From: Thermodesulfobacteriota bacterium
GTDB taxonomy: Bacteria; Desulfobacterota; Binatia; Bin18
Length of the DNA stretch: 64,000 bases
Direction of reading: 5' to 3'
NCBI GenBank assembly: GCA_964291405.2
Contig: OZ219926.1
Span: 672,001 to 736,000, forward strand
Part shown: in pieces, positions 10,756 to 20,800 of the stretch
How positions within the stretch are numbered: position 1 is the first letter of the stretch
Layout: each line of letters starts with the position of its first letter
Translations under genes and position numbers: made by a program
The notes under the pieces: generated by a model
Database searches by the model: none
The model's input: the letters and a program-made list of their open reading frames with translations, nothing else
What the model was told of the DNA's origin: nothing

Positions 10756-11988
10756 TCACAACGCCGGGTTATCCAAAGGCAGTCCGACCCGGACCCGACC
10801 GTGGGTCGCGCCGTTCACGTCCCAGACATGGGTAAAATGGCGAGTTGCCGTACAGATATCGCGATAGGCGCGCGCAATGGGGTTATTCATATAAACCCCA
10901 CGCCCACCGCCGGCATCCCAGATCAGGTTCGCGGCCTGAAGGGCCAACTTGCCAGCGTAAGCACCTGCGGCTCGATATTTTGTCCGCTGCTCGGGCGACG
11001 GCAGGTCACCCGCTTCGAGGATTTGCATGATCTCGTCGCAGTTTCTGTACAGCAGGGCTTTGGCGGCTTCGACCGCCAGCGTCGCTTCCGAAATTTTCGT
11101 ATGCTGTAACGCCTGCTCGTGCAGGCTCTGGCCGGACATGAGCGCGACCCGGCTTTTGACCTGCTCGATATAGTCACGCACAATACCCTCGGCGATCCCA
11201 ACCGACGCGCTGGAGATAAGAATGCCGAACGTCATATAGCTGGGCGAGCGGTAGAGCGGGGCACGATTGACCTTGCGCCCCGGACTCGTCTCTCCGCCTT
11301 TCAGGTGCCGCAGCGGCAGCGTCATATGGGTCGGGATAAACACGCGGTCGGCTTTGACATCGTGACTGGCCGAGCCCCGTAGTCCGATGGCGTCCCAGGT
11401 ATCGAGAATCTCAAACGCGCCCTGGGGCAGGATGAAATAGCGTTCTTCGGGCTTCCCGCCTGGGCCGTTTTCCACCATAGCGGCAAACAGGCACCAGTCG
11501 CAGCTCGTGACACCACTCACAAACGGAAACTGCCCGGACAGTTCATATCCACCCCGGACCTTTCGGGCCTTGCCTAAAAGGGGGATAAGAATACCGCTCA
11601 ATAGATTTTGCGGACTCGCGCCCCAGACCGTTTCTTGAGCACGTTCCGGCCACTGTGCAACCATGAAGTTATGGCCGATGTATTGGGCTAGACACCAGGC
11701 GGTTGAACCACAGCCACTGCCGACCGTCGTCAGAATATCGACCATACCGGATAAGTGGGCCTCACAGCCCCCATAGTGCGCCGGCTGGAGAATCCGGGCG
11801 AGACCAGCCGTCCGCAGTTCCTGGCGAGTTTCATCGGGCAGGTGACGGATGTCATCGGTGTACGGCGCGCGTTGGCGCAGGACGGGCGCCAGCGCCTGGG
11901 CGCGGCGGACGAGTTCCTCGTGTGAGCCAACCCGGTGGTAACGCCGCCGGCGTGGGGCTGGGTGAGCTGTTACTCTCTGCTTGCTCAT
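10756..11988 (-). CDS. Acyl-CoA dehydrogenase-fold flavin-dependent monooxygenase (HsaA-like)
   Basis: ILQPAHYGG, GCGSTAW, FVSGV, DTWDAIGLRGSASHD, ARAYRD motifs; AGGAGG RBS. Confidence 0.88.
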   Translation of the reverse strand: MSKQRVTAHPAPRRRRYHRVGSHEELVRRAQALAPVLRQRAPYTDDIRHLPDETRQELRTAGLARILQPAHYGGCEAHLSGMVDILTTVGSGCGSTAWCLAQYIGHNFMVAQWPERAQETVWGASPQNLLSGILIPLLGKARKVRGGYELSGQFPFVSGVTSCDWCLFAAMVENGPGGKPEERYFILPQGAFEILDTWDAIGLRGSASHDVKADRVFIPTHMTLPLRHLKGGETSPGRKVNRAPLYRSPSYMTFGILISSASVGIAEGIVRDYIEQVKSRVALMSGQSLHEQALQHTKISEATLAVEAAKALLYRNCDEIMQILEAGDLPSPEQRTKYRAAGAYAGKLALQAANLIWDAGGGRGVYMNNPIARAYRDICTATRHFTHVWDVNGATHGRVRVGLPLDNPAL

Positions 11989-12137
11989 ACTATCCTCCTC
12001 CTGTTGTGTATGCCCCGTAGAGCGGTTAGCGGCAAGGGTGAGCGGTCCGGTTCGACGTGCAGCGTCGCTCCTCCCTTGCAGGGATGCCAGCGGATAGGCT
12101 AGGTTCGAGCCGCGACCACGAAGACAGGAGTATCCGT

Positions 12138-12755
12138 ATGGCGATTACCACCCTCGCCCATTATTTTGATTATAAGAGTCCGTATGCCTACCTTGCCCAG
12201 GAGGAAACTTTTCAGCTCGAAGACGAGTTCGATGTGACGGTAGACTTTCTGCCGCTGACCTTGGACATTCCCAAATTTCTGGGTTCTGCCGAGGTCGATG
12301 GCGCGGGCAAGGTCGTTGCCGAGGAGCGGAATGCCCATCAGTGGCGGCGGGTGAAATACAGCTATATGGACTGCCGCCGCGAGGCCACCCGGCGCGGTCT
12401 GACGATTCGAGGACCCCGCCATATTTTCGACTCTTCGCTGAGCCATATCGGCATGCTGTACGCCAAACAGCAGGGGGATTTTCGGCCCTACCACCATCTC
12501 GTGTATGAACGCTTTTGGAAACGCGAACTCGCTATTGAAGACCCTCAGGTGCTGAAGAAAGCGCTGGAAGAGGTCGGCATCGATACCCAAGGATTTCTCG
12601 ATTACCTGAACGGCGACGGTCGCCGCGAGTTGGAACGTATACAAACCGAGGCCGAAAAGGTGGGCGTGTTTGGCGTCCCAAGTTATGTGGTCAACGGCGA
12701 GCTGTTCTGGGGAGCTGAGCGTCTGGTCCGTGTGCGCGAGCGACTGGCAGCCTAG
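12138..12755 (+). CDS. 2-hydroxychromene-2-carboxylate isomerase / DsbA-family (GST kappa-like) protein
   Basis: YFDYKSPYAYL and GVFGVPSYVVNGELFWG motifs; AGGAG RBS. Confidence 0.88.
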   Translation: MAITTLAHYFDYKSPYAYLAQEETFQLEDEFDVTVDFLPLTLDIPKFLGSAEVDGAGKVVAEERNAHQWRRVKYSYMDCRREATRRGLTIRGPRHIFDSSLSHIGMLYAKQQGDFRPYHHLVYERFWKRELAIEDPQVLKKALEEVGIDTQGFLDYLNGDGRRELERIQTEAEKVGVFGVPSYVVNGELFWGAERLVRVRERLAA

Positions 12756-12795
12756 CACCCTGGTGCGAAGGCCGAGAAAGGATTCCATCGCCATT

Positions 12796-13302
12796 ATGGG
12801 CGTCCTTCTCGTTACACTCTTGACGATCCTGGTCCTTTTCTACGTCTGGTCCCGGGGACGTGGACGGGCTCAGAGCGTCCCTTCCTATTTCTTCAATGCG
12901 GTGAAAGTCTATGCGTTGCTGGGCGAAGAGGACGCCAAAGTCGCAGCCCGAGCCGCTGGCAAGATGGCCACACCCCGTCAGCGGACCATGATGCTGGATT
13001 ATCTGAACAAACGGACGTCAGAACTGCTGCTGGAAACAGTGGAACAGAACGCCGGTCAGAATCCGCTGGTGGTCGTCGATCGCCTCTTACAACTCAAACA
13101 GGAGATGAGCCTCCAAGCCGAGCCCACGGACGAGCGAGCGCTTGACCTCATTCCCGAAAAACAATGGTTGCAGGACCATAATCAGGCATATCTGCGAGCG
13201 CTGGGGCGAGGCGACCCCAGCGTGTTTGTTGCCCAACATCCGGATCTCTTCTCCTCTCAGACCACCAAGCCGGCCACGGCCAAAAACGATGAAGCAGTCT
13301 GA
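12796..13302 (+). CDS. Hypothetical protein with N-terminal membrane anchor
   Basis: ATG 12796, TM helix then helical domain; stop overlaps the MFS start. Confidence 0.55.
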   Translation: MGVLLVTLLTILVLFYVWSRGRGRAQSVPSYFFNAVKVYALLGEEDAKVAARAAGKMATPRQRTMMLDYLNKRTSELLLETVEQNAGQNPLVVVDRLLQLKQEMSLQAEPTDERALDLIPEKQWLQDHNQAYLRALGRGDPSVFVAQHPDLFSSQTTKPATAKNDEAV

Positions 13303-14569
13303 TTCCTCCCAGACACGCCCAGACCTGTCCGCCCTTTCTCAAGCTGGGGTCACGCTTTCCGCTTCACCCCCAGCTGCGGCACCCACTCGTGCCGCCCGGG
13401 TGGTGCGGCCGCGCTGGCTGCTACTCGGCCTGGCGGTGGCCATTATTTTTACCGATGCCGTGGGCTATACGGTTATCATCCCGGCGCTGCCAAGTTTTGC
13501 GGCGGAATTGGGCCTGGGAGAAACCCGCACGGGTACGTTGTACGCCTCATACGGCTTGATTTCTCTTCTGCTCTACCTCCCCTTTGGTCTGCTGGTTGAC
13601 CGCTGGGGCGAACGACGGTGGCTAACAGTCGGTATGCTGGCCCTGGGACTCGCCTCGCTCGGATTCTGGCAGGCAGACGGGTTCTGGTCTCTACTCGGCT
13701 GTCGCGTCACGCAAGGGGTCGCAGCGTCCGCAACCTGGGCTGCGGCCCTCCCCCTCGCGGCCCGGCTGGCGACCACGGAGCGACGTGGCGTGGAAATGAG
13801 CGTCCTGATGATGGCCTTCAGCATTGGTGTGGTTGCCGGGCCGGCCCTCGGCAGTCTGGGTCAGGTGCGTGACCCCTTCCTGTATTTTGCTGGTGTGCCG
13901 TTTGGCTTGGCCATCTGCGTCTTTGTCCTGCTGCCGCGGCATGCGACGCCCTCCACCCAGGCGGTTGTTCCTGCCGCCGCTGCGGCGCCAGCCTTTTTTC
14001 GAGACGGGCTGCGACGTGAACTCGTATGCGCCTGCCTGGTGATTCTCGTCACCTGCGCCACGCTGGGGGCGATTGAGATACTGCTGCCGCTCCAATTCTC
14101 CCGGCTGGGCTGGACGCGCCAGCACATCGGGCTGTTTTTTTCGGGCTGGGGTCTGGCTATGCTGATTATCCAGCCGCTCATCGGTTGGTGGTCGGACCGG
14201 CGCGGTCGACGGGAACCCATCCAATTCGGCCTGCTCGCCGCGGCGGTCCTCACGCCTAGCCTGTTTTCCGCTCTTGATTCGGTCTGGCTGTTCCCCCTCG
14301 CCCTGGGAACAATTCTTGCCCTGTCAGCCGCCCTTGTCCCCACCCTGCCCCTGATGGCGGACTATCTCACCGACGGGCAGTCCGGCAGAGCCTTTGGGTT
14401 TTATAATATGGCGTTCAGTCTTGGCATCGTGGTAGGACCCTGGTCAGGAGGCTATATCACCGAGCACCTCGATGTGCTCTGGGCCGCGGTCCTGGTCAGT
14501 CTTCCCCTGCTGGTTATGGTGCCGCTTGTTCCCTATCTGTTACGCCAGCCGCATCCACGAAAGGTATAG
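13289..14569 (+). CDS. MFS transporter (DHA1-like)
   Basis: About 12 hydrophobic helices; motif A in both halves (GLLVDRWGER, GWWSDRRGRR). Confidence 0.9.
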   Translation: MKQSDSSQTRPDLSALSQAGVTLSASPPAAAPTRAARVVRPRWLLLGLAVAIIFTDAVGYTVIIPALPSFAAELGLGETRTGTLYASYGLISLLLYLPFGLLVDRWGERRWLTVGMLALGLASLGFWQADGFWSLLGCRVTQGVAASATWAAALPLAARLATTERRGVEMSVLMMAFSIGVVAGPALGSLGQVRDPFLYFAGVPFGLAICVFVLLPRHATPSTQAVVPAAAAAPAFFRDGLRRELVCACLVILVTCATLGAIEILLPLQFSRLGWTRQHIGLFFSGWGLAMLIIQPLIGWWSDRRGRREPIQFGLLAAAVLTPSLFSALDSVWLFPLALGTILALSAALVPTLPLMADYLTDGQSGRAFGFYNMAFSLGIVVGPWSGGYITEHLDVLWAAVLVSLPLLVMVPLVPYLLRQPHPRKV

Positions 14570-14572
14570 CCA

Positions 14573-15613
14573 GTGGCGCAATTACAGTCCCCAACTTACG
14601 ATCTTGCCGATGTTGTCGCCGTCAATGATATGTATCACCAGCGCGGCTGGACAGACGGTCTGCCCATTCTTCCCCCCACCGAGGAGTTGGTTCAGGTCTG
14701 TCTCGACGCGACCGGCCTGGCACCAGACGCCGTTGTTGGCGTCGAGTCCGTCCGCCAACGTCCGATTACCGCAGAGAAGGTCGCCATCAATGCGGTGATG
14801 GCGGGCTGTCTGCCGGCCTATATGCCCGTGGTCGTCACTGTAATCAAAGCCATGTGCCAGACAGAGTTCAATCTGCACGGCAGCACGGCGAGCACTGGTG
14901 GCAGTGCCCAGTTTATTGTGGTCAACGGACCCATTCGACAGCGGGTCGGGCTGAACGCCACCCATAATGTCCTGGCTAATCACAGCCGGGCCAATGCCAG
15001 TATTGGCCGTGCCATCCGCCTCGTGCTCATTAACGTACTGGGCTGTGTCCCCGGACAGCTCGACCGCTCTACCCTGGGCCATCCAGGCAAATTCACCTTC
15101 TGTATTTCCGAGGACGAAGAAGACAGTCCCTGGATACCCCTAGCGCAACAGCGTGGCATTCCTGCCGGTGTGTCGGCGGTCACGATTATGGCGGGAGAGT
15201 CACCGCACCAAACCATGAACGAGTGGACCCGCGACCCGGAAGAAATCGCTGAGACCTTTGCGGCGGAGCTCCGTCACAATATGTTGACCTATTCGATCTG
15301 GGCCGGGAATTATGCCTTGATCGTTCCCAAACAACTGCGCGATCTCATTACGGCTGCGGGGTGGCAAAAGCGTGATATCCAGGAGTACGTCTATCGCTCT
15401 GCTCGGGTTGTGCGCCGCGACTGGGCTACGGTGGGGAAAAAGCAGATCGTCAACCTGGGCAAGGGAGCCGACCAGCGCTTCAGCGCCTTACGCTCACCCG
15501 ACGATTTACTGGTGGTTGCCGCCGGTGGTCCGGCAGGTGGGTTTGGGGCGATTGTACCGCCGTGGTTAGGCTCCCGGTCGCAGGCCGTGACGCAGATCAT
15601 CGAAACCCCATAA
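14573..15613 (+). CDS. Uncharacterised partner protein of UGSC-family selenoproteins
   Basis: GWTDGLPILPPT, EKVAINAVMAGC, RANASIGRAIRL, TLGHPGKF, VVAAGG motifs of the large ORF found next to UGSC genes. Confidence 0.8.
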   Translation: MAQLQSPTYDLADVVAVNDMYHQRGWTDGLPILPPTEELVQVCLDATGLAPDAVVGVESVRQRPITAEKVAINAVMAGCLPAYMPVVVTVIKAMCQTEFNLHGSTASTGGSAQFIVVNGPIRQRVGLNATHNVLANHSRANASIGRAIRLVLINVLGCVPGQLDRSTLGHPGKFTFCISEDEEDSPWIPLAQQRGIPAGVSAVTIMAGESPHQTMNEWTRDPEEIAETFAAELRHNMLTYSIWAGNYALIVPKQLRDLITAAGWQKRDIQEYVYRSARVVRRDWATVGKKQIVNLGKGADQRFSALRSPDDLLVVAAGGPAGGFGAIVPPWLGSRSQAVTQIIETP

Positions 15614-15625
15614 AGGAGCCAGGCT

Positions 15626-16168
15626 ATGACACTACGCGTTCTTGATCCAACTTTTGACGGCGGCCAGGCGACCCAGACCACCGTCTCCCGCCTGTCCTCT
15701 CTGGCCGGACGGACGGTCGGTCTGCTCGACAACGGCAAGCTTAATGTAGACACCTTGCTCAATCACGTCGAAACACTCCTGCGTTCACAACACGGCGTCA
15801 GTACCGTCATCCGCCTGCACAAACCGGATGCCAGCCGTCCGGCTCCTGAGGGTGTCGCAAAAGAGTTCGCAGCGTGTGATGCGGTTATTTCCGCGGTCGG
15901 TGATTGAGGTAGTTGTTCATCGTGCAGTTTGCACGATGCCCTGACTGCCGAAAAGGCCGGCGTAGCGGCCACCGCCATTATTACTGATCGTTTTGTCCCA
16001 ACGGCTAAAGCCATGGCCACGGTCCAGGGTATGTCGGACTATCCCTTTGCCGTTATCCCCCATCCCATTGCCAGCAATACCGAGCAGACCCTACGTGAAA
16101 AGGCAGCGGATGCCGTGCGGCAATGCGTTAAAATTCTGTTGCAAGGCGAGCCACATGCCGATGCATAG
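15626..16168 (+). CDS. UGSC-family selenoprotein (Sec at TGA 15905-15907), 180 aa
   Basis: Track ORFs 15626-15907 and 15929-16168 are in the same frame, joined by GGT GAT TGA GGT AGT TGT TCA TCG TGC = G-D-U-G-S-C-S-S-C; SECIS-like hairpin follows; AAGGAG RBS. Confidence 0.9.
15918..15938 (+). promoter_or_regulatory. Bacterial SECIS-like hairpin
   Basis: Perfect 9-bp stem CATCGTGCA/TGCACGATG with GTT loop, starting at +11 after the UGA. Confidence 0.8.
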
Positions 16169-17603
16169 CGACGGAGTAGCGGAGGCTTTCCCGCTTGAGC
16201 CCTCGGCTGGCGAGATGCGTCACCTGGTTGACCAGGCGATGCAGTATATTACCGCCCATATTGAGTCGTTAGCGGACCAGCCGGCAGCCAATGCCGAAGG
16301 CGGAGCCGAACTAGCCCGCAGCTTGCGAGAGCCCCTGCCTGAGCATGGACAGACCTATGCCGAGCTTTTGCACACGCTCTTCCATACGGCCATTCCGCGC
16401 AGTTTCAACTGTGCTGGACCAGGATATTTGGCCTATGTCCCCGGTGGCGGCATTTTTCATGCCGCCGTGGCGGACCTGATTAGTGATGCGGTGAATCGCT
16501 ACGTCGGCGTCTGGGCCGCGTCCCCCGGTCTGGCCCAGCTTGAAGCCAATGTTGTGCGCTGGTTCTGCGATATTATCGGCTATCCAGCTTCCGCCGGTGG
16601 TTTTCTGACCACAGGAGGTTCACTAGCGAACTTCTCGGCCATTTTTACCGCCCGCCGCGAGCGGCTACCCGAGAATTTTCTGGCCGGCAGCATGTATACG
16701 TCCAGCCAGACCCACCACTCAGTACAAAAGGCGGCCCTCCTGGCCGGATTCCCTGCCCACAACGTTCGGGAGATTCCAACGGACGAACAGTTCCGCATCC
16801 GGCTCGATGCCTTACAGCAACACATCGAAGCGGACCGGCAGGCGGGTCTTACACCATTTCTCATCATCGGGAACGCAGGCACGACCAATACGGGTGCGGT
16901 AGACGATCTCACCACCCTGGCCGATATTGCTTACCAACACGGGCTCTGGCTTCATGTTGACGCGGCCTACGGCGGCTTCTTTATGCTAACCCAGCGTGGT
17001 CGGGCTCGATTAGGTGGAATTGAGCGAGCGGATTCGATCACCCTTGACCCGCATAAGGGCCTCTTCCTCCCCTTTGGCACCGGGTCTCTTCTCGTGCGAG
17101 AGCGTGAGGCCCTCAAACGGGCGCATCAAGGTGAGGCAGCCGCCTATCTACCGACCATGCAGGATGATCCCGATTGCGTAGATTTTTGCCAGATTTCGCC
17201 AGAACTCTCGCGCGACTTTCGCGGGCTACGTGTCTGGCTGCCCCTCAAGATGCACGGCATTCAGCCCTTTCGTCAGGCCCTGGACGAAAAACTCGATCTA
17301 GCCGCTTGGGCGACCGCAGAACTCAAAAAAATCCCGGAGGTTGGAATCGTTGCCGAGCCACAATTATCCATTGTCGCCTTTCGGCTGAACCGACCCGGCT
17401 TGAATACGCGAGCTCTCAACGCGCTGAATCACACCTGGCTTCAAGCTATCAATGCCCGCAAACGAGTCCTGCTGACCGGCACGATGCTGGGCGACCGGTT
17501 TGCCATCCGTATCTGTGCGTTATGTTTTCGGACGCACCAGGATCGTCTGGAGATGTGCCTGGAAGATATTCGAGCGGCGTGCCAAGCGATGTCAAACGCA
17601 TAA
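16155..17603 (+). CDS. PLP-dependent group II decarboxylase (aromatic-L-amino-acid decarboxylase-like)
   Basis: GGSLANF, HHSVQKA, AGTTNTGAVD, WLHVDAAYGG, DPHKGL (PLP lysine). Confidence 0.92.
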   Translation: MPMHSDGVAEAFPLEPSAGEMRHLVDQAMQYITAHIESLADQPAANAEGGAELARSLREPLPEHGQTYAELLHTLFHTAIPRSFNCAGPGYLAYVPGGGIFHAAVADLISDAVNRYVGVWAASPGLAQLEANVVRWFCDIIGYPASAGGFLTTGGSLANFSAIFTARRERLPENFLAGSMYTSSQTHHSVQKAALLAGFPAHNVREIPTDEQFRIRLDALQQHIEADRQAGLTPFLIIGNAGTTNTGAVDDLTTLADIAYQHGLWLHVDAAYGGFFMLTQRGRARLGGIERADSITLDPHKGLFLPFGTGSLLVREREALKRAHQGEAAAYLPTMQDDPDCVDFCQISPELSRDFRGLRVWLPLKMHGIQPFRQALDEKLDLAAWATAELKKIPEVGIVAEPQLSIVAFRLNRPGLNTRALNALNHTWLQAINARKRVLLTGTMLGDRFAIRICALCFRTHQDRLEMCLEDIRAACQAMSNA

Positions 17604-17697
17604 GCAGGTCGCGCCCTTGCCCTAGGCTTGATCCAGGCTTGACGTCGTCTCCTCTCGTATGAGAGGAGGACAGATATGGGCTAAAAGGAGGGACGCC

Positions 17698-17871
17698 ATG
17701 AAGGGGACAGCCATCGGACTCGTGGTCGGCAGTTTTCTGTGTTTTCTGCAGAGCGTTGATTATCTGCGGCAGAGCGACCTCAAGGGCCTTGTCTTGTTAG
17801 GCATCGGCGGCGTGTTTCTGTACTTAGCCAAAATGGCCTGGGAGAAGCCGCTAGGCGACCCCGATGACTAA
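17698..17871 (+). CDS. Small two-helix membrane protein
   Basis: AGGAGG RBS before ATG 17698; two hydrophobic segments. Confidence 0.55.
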   Translation: MKGTAIGLVVGSFLCFLQSVDYLRQSDLKGLVLLGIGGVFLYLAKMAWEKPLGDPDD

Positions 17872-20800
17872 GGCGCAGAGGATATGTTTTGCGGCGACGG
17901 TTTTCCCTCCTCCATCACCCGACAAAACAGATTCACCTGTTCCATGTGGGTCAGGGTCTGACAGCGGGTACGGGCCAGGGCCGGGCTGGCAACAACGATG
18001 GCCAGACTCTGGGCACGTGAGAGGGCGACGTTGAGTCGATTTTTGTGAAATAGAAAGTCGATCCCGCGCGGAGACGTATCGCCCCGGCTGGCACACATGG
18101 ACAGAATGACGACCGGCGCTTCCTGACCCTGAAATTTATCGACCGTACCGACCCTGGCATCCGGCCCCAAAGCGGTCTGGAGTTTACGGACCTGCATATT
18201 GTACGGAGCAACACATAGGATGTCGGACAGCTGTAATGGACGCAGCCGTTGTCCGCTGGTATCCGTGATGTCCCGGCCAAGCAGTTCGCCAACCACCTCG
18301 CGGACGGCCTGTACCTCCTCGTCACTGGCCTGTGTGTTGCCCTCGTGTGGCACGGAGACGAAAACCAGACCGGCTTCCCGAGTAATGATTCGACCTCCTG
18401 TTTGGGAAAGGCAGACGCGCCGCTGGGCCGTTTGGGGGGCGGCATGGAGGCGACCTTCGTATACCGCGTCAGAGAGAAAATGACAGAGCTCAGGATGCAG
18501 CCGCCAGGTTGTGGCTAAGAATACACCCATATCGGGCGGTATGGTCGCCTTCCCCTGGAGCAGGTATTCAAGAATGGACAGTCCGCTCTCTCCGGGATGA
18601 GCGCCCTGTACCGGTTGACCCAACTGCATCTGATCGCCGCACAGGACGATATTCTCCGTGGCCGCGGCCATACCCATGAGGTTAGCCACCGACACCTGAC
18701 CGGCCTCGTCTACAAAGAGATAGTCCAGCTTGCCTCGCAACCCAGGATCGCTCAGCGCCCAAGCCGTTCCTCCGAGCAGCCGGAACTGCTCCAGGCGTGG
18801 AATTGCGTCTCGCACGCGCTGAACATAGGCCGCTTCGGGACACAACTCAAAAAACCGCTCCTCGGCCGGACCGCCTATTTTGAGGCACTCCAGCCGCCCC
18901 TGCCGTAGCTCTTTGCACTTGCGCATGAGGTTAAGAATGGCGGCATGGCTGTTGGCGGTGATGCCCACGCGCTTGCCTCGATCCAGCAGGGACAGAATCA
19001 TCCCGGCGCCCAGCGTGGTCTTGCCACTGCCCGGCGGGCCTTGCAGGCATAGGGTTGAGTGGTCGAGGGATTCGACGAGCCGCAGGACGGCACGGGAGAG
19101 GTCTGTAGGGTCTGTGGGGTCGGACCCAATCGACTCAACCGACTCAAAGGACCCAACCCGCGGGGGCCGACGTAGAAGAAAGTCGTGCAAGGCGGGCGGG
19201 AGTTGGTTCTCTTTCTGCCAGGTTTGGGCGATATCCCGGACAGCGTTCTCAATCACCTGGGCAGAGACGTATTCATCCGGAATCAGGGAAAGCGAGTCAG
19301 GAGGTAGCCCATTCGGAAGCTGTTTCAGCCGTCGTGTACTGAATTTGAGACAAATACGTCCCCACTCCTGGTCCATAGCATGGATGGGTATCTTCATCTC
19401 AAGATCGTGGGCAAAATAGCACTGGGCGCCGACATCCAGCTTGGTATCCTGATCGGGATCAAAGCCATACCAAAAGCCATGAGAGCGTTTGATTGGCTCC
19501 GGTGGCTGGGAGAGCCGCCTTAAACCACCGAGGCAGTTCATATCTTGCACAAGCTCTTCTTCAGTCATGGCGTGACGGTCAAACATCGCCCACCACATCG
19601 GTTTCGCCTCTCGACGGTGAAATTCAACCATCTGTCCAAGCAGTTCCTGCGCCTGCCAACGCGCAGCCTGTGTGCGTCGCTGCGGGGCGGGTGGGATCTC
19701 CGCGAGCAGCGTTTGAGCCAAGGCTTGGGGAGAGGCAGGGTCGGCGAGGGGATCTGGCTCTTCCGGGGATTCTAGGGGTACATCCTGTTTCGGTATCCAG
19801 GCAATCCCGGCTTCCTGCTGACGCTCCCAAAGCCAACAGGTCAACTGCCAGGTTGATTCACAGTCGTCTCGGTTATAGGCACGAATCGCCTGGAGGAGTG
19901 GAGAGGCTGTCCAGTCTTGGGCCTCGCCACTCGCCAGCCAGCGTTCGTAGACCGCAATGGAGTCAACCGCGCTGGTTACCTCGCCGACCCGTACGGGCCG
20001 GTATAAACGTTCGAGGTTTTTAATCGAATAGTGCGGCTCGCCGACCCGCACACCGTGCCGAACAACGGCATACAAATCAATAAAAACTTCGTGACGCAGA
20101 AGCGAGTCAACCTCGGCTTCTCGACTCCCATGCCGGCCCATCAGCCGCCGTAGCGCCGCCACCTCGTAGTTGGCGTAGTGATAGATGTGCATAGTGGGAT
20201 CGGCCTGCCAACGAGCGTAGACCCAATCGATGAAATCACAAAAGGCCCGCCGTTCCTGATCGATGTCATGCGCCCACCAGTCGTGGAACATGCGCTGATC
20301 GTCATCAAGCGTAAACGCACCAAAGAGATATTCCAGTCCGCCTTTCACCAGCGGATAGCCCTCCATGTCAAAAAAGATGTCACCCGGAGAGGCTGGAGGC
20401 AGCAGGGCTAAGCCACGCCGCTGGGCCGGCTGGTCAGGAGTAAGAATCCGATAGGCCGGCTGGTCGGCCCCGACTGAGGCGGCTTGCAGTTGCGCCTGCT
20501 CCTTGAGCCGGGCAAACACAGTGTCCTCAATTCTTGGGACATGCGTCAGCGTAGACTCTGCCAGGGAGGTAAGCGTAGTGATACCGGCCGCGTTGAGTTT
20601 CTGAATCTGGCTCACGGAGATACTGGCCACGCGGCTCAGATGGTCGGCTGTCTCAAGTATCCGGGTCGCCTGCACAGTCCAGCGGCCGTAATCCCCGCCA
20701 AGCTCCGGACTGGGTTGTACCGCTGGATCAAAGTGCTGCATGTAAGCCAGAAAGGCCTGTTTCAGGGTAAGATAGTAGTAGATGAAGTCGGCGGTCCGAA

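Noticed and set aside
15626-15907. Treating the 93-aa and 79-aa ORFs as separate genes or a pseudogene
   Set aside because: The in-frame UGA in a UGSC motif plus a SECIS-like hairpin supports one selenoprotein.
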